Positions 23,401 through 32,094 of a stretch of 64,000 nucleotides of DNA are shown here, in pieces. The stretch is from Desulfomonilia bacterium. GTDB taxonomy: Bacteria > Desulfobacterota > Desulfomonilia > UBA1062. A program made the position numbers and the translations under genes. The notes beneath the pieces are model-generated. The model worked only from the letters and a program-made list of their open reading frames with translations, had not been told where the DNA came from and did not search any database. Every line of letters begins with the position of its first letter. Positions within the stretch are counted from its first letter, which is position 1. The DNA is taken from contig CAXXDQ010000003.1 of NCBI GenBank assembly GCA_963664325.2, positions 544,001-608,000 on the forward strand, read 5' to 3'.

Positions 23401-24778
23401 AATCGCACAAGTTTGGATGGAAGTGCTGGGAGTGGAACGAATCAGCAGGCATGATAATTTCTTTGATCTGGGAGGACATTCACTTCTTGTTATGAAGGCA
23501 CTCGCGAAGCTTAAGTTCAGTTATGAACTGACTATGCAGGATTTTTTCGATTGCCAGACAATTGCCGAAATATCAACAAGACTTGAAGACAGGAAAAACG
23601 CGGTTAAAACTTCCGAACATATATTGAAGGAAGAACAGCCTGAAAAGATAACAGTTGATATAAATGTCTCTGAAGAGAGAGAAGAGCCTGAGCTTATTGT
23701 GCTTACCGGCGTCACAGGTTATCTTGGCGCCCATCTGCTCTATGAAATGTTGATGCGTACGAATGCTCATATCTGCTGCCCTGTAAGGGCTGCCGGCAAG
23801 GATGAAGCCTATGAAAGGATATTGTCTGCATCCGGGTTTTATTTCGGTGATAATCAAATCGACGTTAAGCGATTGATCCCTGTTTGTGCAGATATCTCTC
23901 TCGACGGGCTTGGTCTTGATGAAGAGGGCAGAAGGATTATACGTTCGGCGGATTGCGTGATTCATTCTGCTTCAGATGTAAGTCACTATGGTGAATATTC
24001 TCATTTTAAAAATGTTAATGTGCTTGGTACAATGCGTTTGATGGATTCTTTAAATCAGGAAAAAATAAAAAGATTCCATTATATATCGACATTAAGCATT
24101 GCCGGAGACGCGATCCCTGATTATTCAAAGGCGTTTTTCAGAGAGACTGATTATGATAGAGGGCAGACACTGGGCAATGTTTATGCAAAAAGCAAGTTTG
24201 AAGCGGAGGGTCTTATAAGGGCTGCCCGGGCAAAAGGTTTAAATGCTACAGTTTACAGGATTGGTAATCTTGTTGGTTCAACGGATAACGGAAAGTTTCA
24301 GCGCAATATAGCTGATAATGCATTTTATGGCCTTATCAAGGCAATCTCGGAAATTCAAACGCTGCCCCAAGGGATGGATTCCAAATTCGATATGACTCCA
24401 ATTGATTCGTGTAGAATAGCCCTTGCAAATCTCATGCTGATGCCGCAGACATCAAATCTGTGTTTTCACGTGTTCAATCCCAACATGGTAAGCATCTATG
24501 ATATTGCTGCAGGTCTGAAACTGGAAGGTTTTGACATAAATACAATACCTGCAATAGATTTTATGGAAAGCATTAAAAACAGCGAAGAAGCAAGTAAACT
24601 GATGATGCCGCATCTTTCAGGAAGTCATTCCCCGAAAACATTCTTTGTATATGATAACAGCTATTGTGAGCACTTCCTGAAAAAGGCCGGTTTTGCCTGG
24701 CATAAAATTGAAGGTGATATTATGCAAAAAATTGTCCATTACTGCATTTTGACGGGATTTATAAAATCCCCGGTTTAG
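20477..24778 (+). CDS. NRPS subunit 3: C(DCL)-A(Ala)-T-terminal thioester reductase (R)
   Basis: HHHILIDGWC; A-domain code DLFNNALTYK; GGHSL; Rossmann motif LTGVTGYLG and YAKSK (YxxxK); no TE domain. Confidence 0.95.
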   Translation: MSFVTKENTQDIYPLSPTQKGMLFHSVLEPDAPVYFEQFSFTIAGNLDEDIFRKSWEHLVASTPVFRTVFRWSKLKDPLQIVLKELPVDIALIDLSGMDQPDQYPRIDEFMVKERSSPFKLEEWPLMRLTLFKLGNERHHFLWSHHHILIDGWCMPLVLKDLFETYLSLMTGQTPPRPMRRAYKDYINWLANQDQDKARSFWIGMLDGFETPNILPYDYRRGEIDETGSSMVRLSLPADMSDKLKEVARKERITISTLLQAAWAVLLRTYSVQDDVVYGTTVSGRPADLKGSEDIIGLFINTLPVRVKFDDQTTLSGVCKQIQDISVGMREFEYSLLPDVKAASGIPRDQNLFDSIFVFENVPTDAVSGMRNNGLGISNVKGFEMTNFPITIIAVPGDILNIDIHYHKALFSNLTVSRMTGHMRQVLNAMVDNPAKKISEVDILTLDEREEILIGFNKTDSYWPEDKCPYQSFEEQVLKTPDKTALWFDGKSLSYMELNSKANCLANFLKKKGLETEGKVCLLMERSLEMIISILAIHKAGGCYVPMDPEYPKARLEYMLEDSASRFLLTQENLAARLNRLPADVVLIDKESVEISNENNMNPAPSATPSNLSHIIYTSGSTGLPKGVMIEHSNVTAFLSWCQEEFQFEEYEEMIASTSMCFDLSIFEFFLPLVTGARVIILKSSLEINDYLNEHSATMINTVPSAIRYLCTVAEKKHRVKAVNLAGEPLKLDLVKDIYSNLDVGIIRNLYGPTEDTTYSTNFRVPKDFNRQPLIGRPLSNGQAYVLDKNLKPVPIGIKGEIYLSGAGLARGYFNAPEKTAQRFIPHPFSNKWKYIYKTGDLGSWLPDGNLDFHGRVDYQVKIRGNRIEMGEIEARLALHEMIKDVVIADKDDSEGNKYLVCYYVSENEIPVAELRTFIQEKLPEYMVPSRFIKMEELPLTPNGKVDRKALPDPGDVSMQVSSEYIPPAGQIEEAIAQVWMEVLGVERISRHDNFFDLGGHSLLVMKALAKLKFSYELTMQDFFDCQTIAEISTRLEDRKNAVKTSEHILKEEQPEKITVDINVSEEREEPELIVLTGVTGYLGAHLLYEMLMRTNAHICCPVRAAGKDEAYERILSASGFYFGDNQIDVKRLIPVCADISLDGLGLDEEGRRIIRSADCVIHSASDVSHYGEYSHFKNVNVLGTMRLMDSLNQEKIKRFHYISTLSIAGDAIPDYSKAFFRETDYDRGQTLGNVYAKSKFEAEGLIRAARAKGLNATVYRIGNLVGSTDNGKFQRNIADNAFYGLIKAISEIQTLPQGMDSKFDMTPIDSCRIALANLMLMPQTSNLCFHVFNPNMVSIYDIAAGLKLEGFDINTIPAIDFMESIKNSEEASKLMMPHLSGSHSPKTFFVYDNSYCEHFLKKAGFAWHKIEGDIMQKIVHYCILTGFIKSPV

Positions 24779-24787
24779 AATAATTAC

Positions 24788-26257
24788 ATGATAGGGAGTA
24801 GTGAAATGAGGATTGCAATTGTAACCGGGGCATCATCAGGCATGGGTGTTGAATTTGCCCTTCAGATAGACGATGTGATCGAACTGGACGAAATATGGCT
24901 TATTGCAAGGAGAAAGGACAGGCTTGATGAGGTTTCCAGAAAACTGAAAAGGGCCAAAGGTATTCCAATTGTCTTAAATCTGTCCCAAAAAGGTGAAGTA
25001 GAAAAGCTGAGAAACATGATTGCAGACGAGAAGCCTGATATCAAGTTTCTGGTAAATAATGCAGGATACGGCCTTGTCGGCGAATTTGCCCAACAGGAAA
25101 TCCGGCCGCAGCTTGATATGATTAACCTTAATGTTACTGCCCTTGTCGAGATTACTCATTGCTGTATTCCGTTTATGAAAACGGGCAGCCATATAATACA
25201 GGTTGGTTCTGTTTTCGGACATCTTCCAGGAGTGGCAGGATGGGCGGTATATGCCGCGACCAAGTCTTTTGTATCTTCCTTTTCATTTGCTCTTTCCAAA
25301 GAACTTAAAAGTTCAGGCATTAATGTTACTACTGTAACCCCGGCGGGAGTGAAAACCGAATTTGGCGATGTCGCGGGAGCAGGGAGATTCGATCTGGTCA
25401 GCATGGGCTCTGAACCTGCAGTTGTAGTGAAAAAAGCTATTGAAGATGCAATGAATAAGAGGATGCTATCAATTTTCGGATTTGAAGCTAAATTAAGCGC
25501 GTTTCTCCCCCGTATTCTAAGGAAAGAGACCATGCTGAAGATTGTTTCTTCAGGTACGGCATCTAACCAGTCAATAAGTAATTATTATATCAACAGGGAA
25601 GCCAGGATAAAAAAAGATTTTGAAAAAAGCATGTTACTGTTCGGAAGCGTACTGGCAGGAAAATACAACAAGGAAAGGGCTTTGAAGATTGTTTCAGAAG
25701 CGACACAAAAGTATGCCGACATTATTCCGATTCTGCCTTATGTTGGTGGAGACAACCAGCCGATGATGACACAAAGAATTCTATATGCCGCAACCTGTTT
25801 GGCTCTTTATAGGGCTATGAAGGATGACGGGACAGCCTTAACAGAAATCGGGCAGGTTATTTACGATTCGATAAATAAAGAATATTCGACATTCCCCAAA
25901 AATATTCTAACTAAAATAAACAAGAGGCTGCTTTTTTCTGACATGAATAAGAAAGCGCTTAGGAACGCAGCAATAATCTCACAAGAAAGAAGGTTTCCTG
26001 AAAGTGGAGTGATGTTGTATGTTGAAGGAGATGAGAATAACTTTGACTATGGACTTGATATTATTGAATGCCCGATAAAAAAATTCCTTGAAAAACAGAA
26101 TGCTGCCGAATTGACAACATATATATGCAAGACGGATTTCCCAGTCAGCAAAGCTAACTCGTCAGGCCTTTTCAGAACCTCAACCCTTGCTGAAGGGGGG
26201 CGGGTATGTGATATGCGCTGGAAGAAGAATGGACCAGTATCGGATATCGTCGGATAA
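24788..26257 (+). CDS. SDR oxidoreductase fused to an L-2-amino-thiazoline-4-carboxylic acid hydrolase-like domain (start may be ATG 24806)
   Basis: N-terminal TGASSGMG, NNAG, YAATK. C-terminal ECP...ICKTDF...RTSTLAEGGRVCDMRW pattern of the ATC-hydrolase family. Confidence 0.75.
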   Translation: MIGSSEMRIAIVTGASSGMGVEFALQIDDVIELDEIWLIARRKDRLDEVSRKLKRAKGIPIVLNLSQKGEVEKLRNMIADEKPDIKFLVNNAGYGLVGEFAQQEIRPQLDMINLNVTALVEITHCCIPFMKTGSHIIQVGSVFGHLPGVAGWAVYAATKSFVSSFSFALSKELKSSGINVTTVTPAGVKTEFGDVAGAGRFDLVSMGSEPAVVVKKAIEDAMNKRMLSIFGFEAKLSAFLPRILRKETMLKIVSSGTASNQSISNYYINREARIKKDFEKSMLLFGSVLAGKYNKERALKIVSEATQKYADIIPILPYVGGDNQPMMTQRILYAATCLALYRAMKDDGTALTEIGQVIYDSINKEYSTFPKNILTKINKRLLFSDMNKKALRNAAIISQERRFPESGVMLYVEGDENNFDYGLDIIECPIKKFLEKQNAAELTTYICKTDFPVSKANSSGLFRTSTLAEGGRVCDMRWKKNGPVSDIVG

Positions 26258-26290
26258 TATCTTAAGGCATGTTAAGGGAGAAATACACGT

Positions 26291-27034
26291 ATGATGCCCT
26301 GGATAAAACTTTCAAAAGGGGAAAATGATCATTTCAGGGTTTTCTGCTTTCCTTATTCAGGGGCGACGGCTCAGGTTTTCAGACCTCTGACGCAGTTGCT
26401 TCCGGAAGGGGTATCTGTTTATTCATACGAGCTTCCGGGTCGTGGACGCAGGTTTAATGAAGAAATTCCCGGGACACTTGCGGAAATTATCGAAGAAGCT
26501 TTTTTATCTATCAATAGAATTATCGACAGGCCATATATATTTTGGGGGCATTCACTTGGCGGAATAATAGGCTATGAAATGGCCAGACATATAAGAACAA
26601 ATAATCATCCGCTACCCAAACATTTATTTGTTACGGGTATCAGGGCTCCGCAGGTGCCAAAACGGGAAAAGGATGTATATGACCTTCCACGTGATGAATT
26701 TATTGAAAAAATCAAGGAGATGGGAGGGACACCCGAAGAAATCTTTAATCATGAAGAAATGCTGGATATTATGATACCGATCCTGAAAAAAGATTTTAAG
26801 ATATATGAGATGTATCGCTTTACACCGGATATGCCAATGCCGTTTCCAATTACCGCTATTGGAGGACTTGATGATAAATTCGTCTCAAAAGAAGATCTTG
26901 AACAATGGTCTGTGCATACATCATCATTATTCGACATGCATATGTTGGCAGGGGATCATTTCTTTATATTTGATAATATGAATAATATTGCGCAGTCGAT
27001 TGCCAGGGCAATTTTTCGGATGAATCAGAAGTAA
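26291..27034 (+). CDS. Type II thioesterase
   Basis: FCFPYSG, LPGRG.RF, GHSLG nucleophile, GDHFF; SD aagggag. Confidence 0.92.
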   Translation: MMPWIKLSKGENDHFRVFCFPYSGATAQVFRPLTQLLPEGVSVYSYELPGRGRRFNEEIPGTLAEIIEEAFLSINRIIDRPYIFWGHSLGGIIGYEMARHIRTNNHPLPKHLFVTGIRAPQVPKREKDVYDLPRDEFIEKIKEMGGTPEEIFNHEEMLDIMIPILKKDFKIYEMYRFTPDMPMPFPITAIGGLDDKFVSKEDLEQWSVHTSSLFDMHMLAGDHFFIFDNMNNIAQSIARAIFRMNQK

Positions 27035-27106
27035 GGGTTTTATTGGAATGCAACAGGATTATCTATGGTTTTATAATATTAGAAAATTAAACTGTAACGG
27101 GGGCTT

Positions 27107-28855
27107 ATGTTTACAGGGAAAAGACATATGATCGTTATTATAATCATTCTGATCTCGATTGCAGCGCTGTCAATTGCTTACCGTTTTTATTCAGCCGGCC
27201 AGATCATCCCCTGGAAAGTACCATCTGACAATTTTGATGAAGATATTGTGCAAACACTCAGACAATACAATGTGCCTTCTCTTGTCGCCTGTATTATAAA
27301 GAAAAATGAAAGCGGTATCTGGGAAATAGTATGGGAGAGTGCCTATGGTTACAGAAAGGCATTTTTTCCAAGAGCAAAGGCGTCTTTGGATACAATCTAT
27401 CCAATAGGTTCAATAACGAAAACATTTTTGGCTACAGCCATAATGCAACTCAAGGAGAAAGGGCTTATTGATATTGACGCAGATATTAGCAATTATCTTC
27501 CTTTTCAGCTCCGAAATCCCGGCCTGAATTACAATAATCATGACGTCTCTGTTCCACCAATAACAGCACGGATGCTTCTTTCTCACCGTTCGGGTCTGCC
27601 CTCGACCGATATGAATTTTTTTGCCGATCATAAAAGTTTTTCCAAAATGGATTTTGGAGTTTTCAAGGATATTAATGACCTCAAGACATATCTTTCAGAT
27701 AAAAATTCATGGGCGCATGTTGATCCCGATAACCCCAGTAAGCTATATTTTTACAAGCCCGGGGATATATACAGCTATTCAAATGTCGGATACCTTATTC
27801 TTGGTTATGCCCTTGAGAATATAATTAACAAAAATAAAGAGCACCTTGGATTTTCTCAGAAGTATGTGACATGGAAAGATTTTATAAGGGAAAAGATTCT
27901 TGCTCCACTTGGTATGGAAAACACAAGATTTTCGTGGAGTGATTATGGTTGGCTTCATTATAACCAGGCTCAAGGGTATCTTGAGAAAAAACATGTGTAC
28001 AGCTTCAATCCGGATTACCCTGCAACCTCTGAGAATAGCAAAAATCCCCCGAGTTATGCCCCCGGTATACCCATACCCAAGGAGATATTGATTCCAAGAA
28101 AGCCTCCTTTGCGTAATCCCACGCTGGGTTTTCTTTATAATTGCGGTGGGCCTGCTGGCGAAATGAAATCTAACATCAGTGAGATGGCTTATTTTTTGAT
28201 CGCATTTCTCAATGATGGTATTGGTTATAAAAGAAATAAGAATGGAGATATAATAATTGATAAAAATGGCAATCCTGTTGCTGTCAGGATTTTATCCCCT
28301 GAGTCAGTAAAAGAAATGAAATTTGTTGATGATCCGAGGCTTTGTTCCATTAATGTTAACCAGTTCAAGAAAGATAATACGGGACTTGGGAGTCTGACAG
28401 GGTACGGCCTGGGATGGATGAGTTCGGAAAGGGGAGGGCGTTATTGGAATTATCCCTGGTTTTCCAAGGCCAGTGAGACCCTGTTGGTCAACTGGGAGCC
28501 TCTTTTAAAAGCAGGACTTAAAAAGAAAGACAGAATATTGTCAAACAATGGAGTTTCCTGCGGCGGGCTTGAAGTATCCGGAAATGAAGGAGACCTGCCG
28601 GGTTATCGTTCGGCAATGCTGAAACTTTCAGATGACCTTGCGATCATCTATTTTATGAATGAATTCTATTCAGATGAAATCAGGGATGAATCCAGGATTC
28701 AGCCAAGAAGGTTCAGATATTATAACTCTGCCTGTGACGGTGCGCCTGAATTAAGAAAAACAGACGGTGCATTTCCGAATGACAGGGTAAAGGTAAGCGA
28801 ACTGGAATATATTTTAATAAGAAAAGCGGCCGATCTCTTGAATGGCAAAAGGTGA
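27107..28855 (+). CDS. Beta-lactamase-family serine hydrolase (S12 peptidase/esterase) with N-terminal membrane anchor
   Basis: SxxK (GSITK), LLSHRSG, YSYSN, YGLGW; hydrophobic N-terminus. Confidence 0.85.
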   Translation: MFTGKRHMIVIIIILISIAALSIAYRFYSAGQIIPWKVPSDNFDEDIVQTLRQYNVPSLVACIIKKNESGIWEIVWESAYGYRKAFFPRAKASLDTIYPIGSITKTFLATAIMQLKEKGLIDIDADISNYLPFQLRNPGLNYNNHDVSVPPITARMLLSHRSGLPSTDMNFFADHKSFSKMDFGVFKDINDLKTYLSDKNSWAHVDPDNPSKLYFYKPGDIYSYSNVGYLILGYALENIINKNKEHLGFSQKYVTWKDFIREKILAPLGMENTRFSWSDYGWLHYNQAQGYLEKKHVYSFNPDYPATSENSKNPPSYAPGIPIPKEILIPRKPPLRNPTLGFLYNCGGPAGEMKSNISEMAYFLIAFLNDGIGYKRNKNGDIIIDKNGNPVAVRILSPESVKEMKFVDDPRLCSINVNQFKKDNTGLGSLTGYGLGWMSSERGGRYWNYPWFSKASETLLVNWEPLLKAGLKKKDRILSNNGVSCGGLEVSGNEGDLPGYRSAMLKLSDDLAIIYFMNEFYSDEIRDESRIQPRRFRYYNSACDGAPELRKTDGAFPNDRVKVSELEYILIRKAADLLNGKR

Positions 28856-28912
28856 TTTTTGTATTTTTAAAGCATGAAATTGCTTTGCAGATTCGGGGAT
28901 TAAATATCAAAA

Positions 28913-30345
28913 TCAGCCCAGAAGTTTTTTCAGGGGCTCTTCTTCCCTCGATACCTCAACATTATCGTTGTCCGATTTTCTCCTGCTTATCAGAAAACGT
29001 TTAAGCCTGTAATGTGCTTCAGCACTCAGTGGAAAGTTCCTCATTGAGGCAATACTTGCAAGCAGAAAGATAACCGGGATAAAAATAAACATTACCCTGA
29101 GCGTAATAATAAAGGATTGGTCCTGCAGTTGCGGGATATTTCCAATTGGAGGTTTATAACCGGCGAACTCCAGGGCTAGTGAAAGAAGGAAAAGTATTGA
29201 GGCTGAACTCAGTTTCCGGATGAATATGAATATCCCGGCATAAAGGCCTTCCCGTCGTTCCTTTGAAAAAAGATCATCAATATCCGGCATGTCAGGGTAA
29301 ATTGCATATACCATTGCCATCACTCCGGCCATTCCTAAGCCTATAAAGGCAGTATAGAAATAAAAAAGCTATTACTGGGAAGCCAGGTTTCAGGATTATG
29401 CCTGCAACCATTATAAATGCCCAGAATGCAGCACCGGTAATGAAGGCGAATCCCTTGCCCTTTCTTTTGCTTATCATTACGTAAAATGGAATCATGAGTA
29501 TCTGAATAGCTACGAGTGTTCCGATCATGTAGTTTGTTATGCCGGGTTTATTTATATAATAGGACATATAATAAACAATCAAAGCCATTATCAAATCAAG
29601 TGCAAGGTAGATGAATGTGACACTTATAATGAACTTTCTGAAGGTCTTGATTTTAAACGGCTCAAAAAAATCTGTAAATCTGAACGATTTTTTTATGGGA
29701 GGCAATATTTGTACGCCTTTCTTTTGTTGAGAGAAAGACTGCAATGTATGGCAGCGCAAAGGCAATGCCGAATATTAAAGACATTACCCAGTATCCAGTG
29801 GCTTTGTCATAAAAATGTTTAATTATTTCCATCGGAATAACCGCACACAAGAGCACCGAACCCATACCGAAAACCATTCTGATAGACATGGCGGAAGTGC
29901 GCTCGTGGTAGTCCATTGTTATCTCGGTTGAAAAGGCATTGTATGAAGTTGTTACAATACCCATGACAGTTGTAAAGATTATATAGGTGCATAGTGAATA
30001 GGCAAAGCGTGATAATGAGTTCTCAAATCCCGGGGAATACCACAGGAGGAAAAAGCTTAGAGCAATCAGCGGAATGCTGATAAGGAAAAAAGGTCTGCGG
30101 CGTCCCATAGGAGTTTGCATCCGGTCGGTGTAATGGCCGAAGAAAGGGTCAAATACCGCCCCCCATATTTTGCTTGTGAGCAGGATTATTCCGGCCAGGA
30201 ATGGGCTGATCCTGACAACATCGGTAAGAAATATCAGGTAAAGGGTGCCGACAATGATCATTGACCCGCCCAGGATATCACCAGAACCGAAGCATATTTT
30301 TGTCATGAGGCTGAGTCTGTCTGCCGGGTTGGTGTCTTTATACAT
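28913..30345 (-). pseudogene. MFS/GPH (MelB-like) glycoside-cation symporter in three frames (real pseudogene or sequencing indels)
   Basis: DPFFGHYTDRMQTPMGRRRPF, ERTSAMSIR, RREGLYAG motifs. Continuity is restored by removing one base near 29690-29725 and one in the A6 run at 29362-29367. Confidence 0.8.
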
Positions 30346-31586
30346 TATGAGTTCCTGAAAGGGATTTTCGTAAAGTAATGGGTGATGCCTATGAATCCTG
30401 AAGGTTTGCCAAATTTATCAATATGGATCATCAGGAACAGTTCCCCTGTAAGTTTTCTTCCAACTCTGTCAAACTGTTCGACAGGAATCACCTCTTTCCA
30501 TTCAAAATCATTTTTCTTCAGGGCTGACATGCCGTTTGAAAAGGATTCAGCCAGTCTGTTGAGCGTCTTTTTTGAAAGGGTAAGTCCTGCAACCAGTTTC
30601 ATGGCCTCGTCCGGTGTATATCCGAGAATTGTTTTAATCGATGGGCTGACATAGGTAAAATTCAACTCCATGTCTGTTACCCAGACCAGTTCGGAGCAGT
30701 TATTCATGACAACGCTCATCGTATGCAGTTTTTCTTCGGCGATCTTGTAATTGTATATATCGAAAAGAAGGCAGATAAAGCCGGTGTGTACACCCTGTTT
30801 GCGTGATGGCGTCGTGGCAATCATTGTCCAGTAGTTGAAGCCGCTCTTGAGTTTAAGCCTGAAATCATCTGCAATGTTTTTTTCGTTTTCGAATTCCAGG
30901 GAACGCTTTAACTGACGCTCCATCCGGGGCCAGTCGTCGCTAAAGAAAAACTCACTGATATGATGGCCGATGATTTCGTCCTCAACATACCCGCCAAGCT
31001 TCAATATGCGTCCTCCGGCACTTGTCACCATCCAGTTTTCATTAATTGTGACAATTCCCTGCGTAATAAAATCCAGGAGATACTTTAAACTCTCGTCATT
31101 ATGTTTGATTTCAAGCAGAGTCTCGCTAAGGATAATCGAATAGGTTATGTCAATTGTTTCCTGCAATACCATTGACAGTTCTGAACTTTTCCATCCGCGT
31201 TTTGTCTTTTCGCTGACGCAACACATGAAGCCCCAAAGCTTGCCTTCATGCTGCAACGGGATGAACATGACAGACTTGGCGCCGAGTTTCTTCAATATGC
31301 CCGCCTGCTGTTCAGGCAGGCTTTCAACCGGGTCGAAAAACGGCATGAAAGACTTAAGGCAGAAATATATATTGGGAAGGTCACCAGATAAATTTATGTT
31401 TTTCCATTTTTCATCAGAATGATTACCGGGCGGGGTAGTTTGTGGCCATGTGTATTTAAGCATATTCCCGTCGTCGGCCAGCTGTATTACAGATATCCTG
31501 TCGATCCGTACAGTTGATGCTATCTTTCCGAGATGCGAAACAATCTTCGCATTGAGGTTAACGACAAAATCAAACAAATGCTCCAT
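30345..31586 (-). CDS. GAF + two PAS domain sensor protein without output domain
   Basis: GAKSVMFIPL...LWGFMCC...WKSSE (GAF); GYVEDEIIGHHISEFF and FTYVSPSIKTILGYTPDE (PAS); stop overlaps MFS start at 30345. Confidence 0.75.
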   Translation of the reverse strand: MEHLFDFVVNLNAKIVSHLGKIASTVRIDRISVIQLADDGNMLKYTWPQTTPPGNHSDEKWKNINLSGDLPNIYFCLKSFMPFFDPVESLPEQQAGILKKLGAKSVMFIPLQHEGKLWGFMCCVSEKTKRGWKSSELSMVLQETIDITYSIILSETLLEIKHNDESLKYLLDFITQGIVTINENWMVTSAGGRILKLGGYVEDEIIGHHISEFFFSDDWPRMERQLKRSLEFENEKNIADDFRLKLKSGFNYWTMIATTPSRKQGVHTGFICLLFDIYNYKIAEEKLHTMSVVMNNCSELVWVTDMELNFTYVSPSIKTILGYTPDEAMKLVAGLTLSKKTLNRLAESFSNGMSALKKNDFEWKEVIPVEQFDRVGRKLTGELFLMIHIDKFGKPSGFIGITHYFTKIPFRNS

Positions 31587-31636
31587 GGGTATGAGAAATT
31601 ATATTAACATCAATTTAAAGTAAAGGCCAATTTACT

Positions 31637-31699
31637 AATAGCGAATAAATAATATAAAATACGCTAAAAAAATTAAAATAGCGAATAAATATATTGACA
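31637..31699 (+). promoter_or_regulatory. 15-bp direct repeat AATAGCGAATAAATA x2 (31637, 31677) next to TTGACA (31694) in the divergent intergenic region
   Basis: Exact repeat with 40-bp period; second copy abuts a consensus -35 box. Confidence 0.55.
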
Positions 31700-31731
31700 G
31701 TCGCTTGGCAGGTAAGTCATATATTTATATT

Positions 31732-32028
31732 ATGAACCTGAAATCATGGATAGGCATTATGGGGCTTAAGCAAAAGGTTGTGGCTGAGAACCTCGGCATA
31801 TCAACAAGCTATCTTTCAGAGATACTGACAGGGAAGAAAAAACCCACAATCGAGCTTGCCCAGAGAATTGAGGAATATACCAACAATGAAGTGCGGCGTC
31901 TTGATGTGCTGTACCCTGTGAAAAAGCAGCAGACTGAAGACATTTTGGAGCAGCAATCTAACATGTTTATTTCAAGAGGAACGCCGCTTACGCCCGAATT
32001 GTGTAAAAAGGTTCTTTCGGGAAACTGA
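31732..32028 (+). CDS. XRE/Cro-like helix-turn-helix regulator
   Basis: QKVVAENLGISTSYLSEILTGKKKP HTH; LAQRIEEYTNNEVRRLDVLYP tail typical of Cro/YdaS-like proteins; ATG 31732 preferred to TTG 31705. Confidence 0.8.
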   Translation: MNLKSWIGIMGLKQKVVAENLGISTSYLSEILTGKKKPTIELAQRIEEYTNNEVRRLDVLYPVKKQQTEDILEQQSNMFISRGTPLTPELCKKVLSGN

Positions 32029-32094
32029 TTTTATTAATTAATTTTTACCGGTTTTCATATCCGGCTGATTGATAAATTGAAAAGGAGGTCTGTA

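Noticed and set aside
28913-30345. Programmed frameshifting or phase variation in the MFS gene
   Set aside because: Same +1 homopolymer signature as in the NRPS; sequencing error is more parsimonious without read data
31732-32028. Prophage marked by the Cro-like gene
   Set aside because: No cI, integrase, replication or structural phage genes nearby
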